Source of the DNA: Rhizodiscina lignyota
Taxonomy: Eukaryota
Direction: 5' to 3'
NCBI GenBank assembly: GCA_010015805.1
Contig: ML978136.1
Coordinates: 558,001 to 622,000 of the forward strand
Length of the DNA stretch: 64,000 nt
Shown here: piece by piece, positions 62,225-64,000 of the stretch
Numbering within the stretch: position 1 is the stretch's first letter
Layout: the number at the start of each line of letters is the position of its first letter
Notes under the pieces: generated by a model
What the model saw: only the letters and a program-made list of their open reading frames with translations
What the model was told of the DNA's origin: nothing
Database searches by the model: none
Position numbers and translations under genes: made by a program

Positions 62225-64000
62225 GCACTTCGTGATCTGTTCCTAATTTCAAGAGTACTGCACCGTTTGGTCTTTCGTTGTTATTGGAGCTTAGAGCTGG
62301 GGCTTCTTACACTCATTCTCAGTGCCTCGGAGGTGACAAAAAGGTCCGCCGCAGTTAGATACTGAACAGCCAGAATGTAAAGCCTCTACAAGCTATAAAG
62401 TAACAAGTTTGTCAACAATGTGTTACTACTGTAATAATCCAGTGGGACGTAAAACTAAGCTTTCCGGTGCGATCTCGTATACGTTGAAGCGCAAAAGCTG
62501 CTCGCTATTTTGTCAACCTCAAGAACCCGATCGGTGGAAATTGATGGTACGTTTGAACAATACCTCTCTGTCAGTGGCCACCACCTCTTAGCGGCTATTC
62601 CTTTTTAATATGCATTCCTCCTTAACGTCCATCCCTTCCTAATATCCATCCCTTACGGATCGTCGCGTCGAGTATGAAATTCCCAATGGAAGATACCCAG
62701 CGTCGAAGCCTCAAGGCTCTGGATTCCGTCGCTCAAAATTAACTGGATTGGCAGGTTGAGATGACTGCTGTCAACGATGTCTCTCTCGAATGCCTCGTCG
62801 CGCCCGACCGGATCAGACTTAAGCTCTCGGTGCGAAGTCATTGAGAACACACTCTTCACTGGCTCTGTTGATTTGGTCCAGAGCAGCAATTGGTGCCTGA
62901 CAGCTCTCCTATCGATCGAATGGGTCTGAGGATTTCGGTTGCTCCATCGCCTAACGATCCCATCAGTTTGGGCACGTCCAAGAGGAGAGCCGTCTGTTAC
63001 GAAAGAGGTGTGGTCACTTCAGTTGCGTTATTGCCTGCGAGGAACATTTCTATAGAATCTGACAGGGATAGCATTGAAACAAACTATACTAAGAGCGCTG
63101 AAAATGCGACTTGTAAGCGAGGAAAGAAACATCATTGATATACTCTCTGTGACGAGAATGTCTTGGGAAGGCATAATGTAATGGAGATAATATGGTACAG
63201 CACCACTCAGAATCCTCCCATGAGTCCTCTCCCAATTGCAGCCGAGTATTTGGGCTCAAGAACTTTGATAGTTGAGAGCCCTAGCTCACCTCAGCCACGA
63301 AATTGTTGGTCTGGGCTTGTACAGGTAGGTGGTAAGAAGTTTGACGTACTACTGCATGGTGCACAAGTGATTATCCTCACATTCAATAGAAACCAGCAGC
63401 TTCGATGAGAGGCCAGCAGGTGCCTGGGTCTCATCCCGCAGGCTAATGAATGCACTGCTGTGCCGCATGCCTGAGACGCCGCTTCCCCTTCACGGGCAGA
63501 AGACCCAGATTGCGAATCGAAAAGCCACCGTTCGTATCTGTCGGTCATTCGGTCTTTAGCTGTAAGTCAATAGCGCTTGAGCATGGCTGCTGACCGTGGC
63601 AATGTTTTCTTATATCGAGATTAATGTCAGATCACCACCTATGTACGAGTTGCTCAGTGCAAGGACGTTGAGAACCAGGCTCGTATCTTACAATCCGGAG
63701 AGGCATGCCAGCACAGGTGACGACATCTTCCCTCTTTCGCAGTATATTCAGCGTTCTCGCAAATAAATCTCCCAGACTTTGGGGCTGTTTTCAATACGAT
63801 CACTTGTGCTTTACGCGCCGGTTTGATTTTATACCCCTGAAGTTGCTTACAGTCGTCTATCGTGCGCTGGTCCCGGCCCAGTGGTACTTAAGCGCCAGCA
63901 CCCAGTCTTCCGACAAGCCTCAGTTTCATCGCATGTCAGAAAACTGAACATGCTGTGCCTCTCTTAATGTCTGCGCTTTCATGGAATCGAATGGGATCTT

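Noticed and set aside
62400..64000. Short ORFs at the right end
   Set aside because: No supportable gene model or motif.

Overview
Eukaryotic (filamentous ascomycete, Pezizomycotina-type) genomic DNA with short GT-AG introns and CTRAC branch sites. About 23 protein-coding genes can be supported. The left part holds mostly conserved housekeeping genes: Tup1/RcoA co-repressor, ccg-9-like trehalose synthase, a DUF2423 protein, a Siz/PIAS SUMO ligase, an amino-acid permease, an SDR plus salicylate-hydroxylase-like pair and a GH13_5 amylase. A Kex2-processed repeat peptide precursor sits among them. The middle (31.5-49 kb) looks accessory. It holds a ~1,930-aa, 8-exon protein with an internal Hint (hedgehog/intein) autoprocessing domain and a C-terminal hydrophobic, pore-forming-toxin-like region. 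RIP-like AT-rich transposon relics, BTB and F-box-like genes, a small secreted repeat protein and a Zn2Cys6 transcription factor follow it. The right part has GH30, GH18, a membrane protein, RAD16 and a GH43 arabinanase. The best candidate for an undescribed system is the Hint-domain, toxin-like giant protein. Other highlights are the KEP precursor, whose peptides all follow KR-(X-A/P)-Q, an inferred 1.8-kb terminal intron in tup1, a 53-bp inverted repeat pair bracketing a BTB gene, and a near-perfect intergenic hairpin. All family assignments come from motif recognition by eye; no searches were run.
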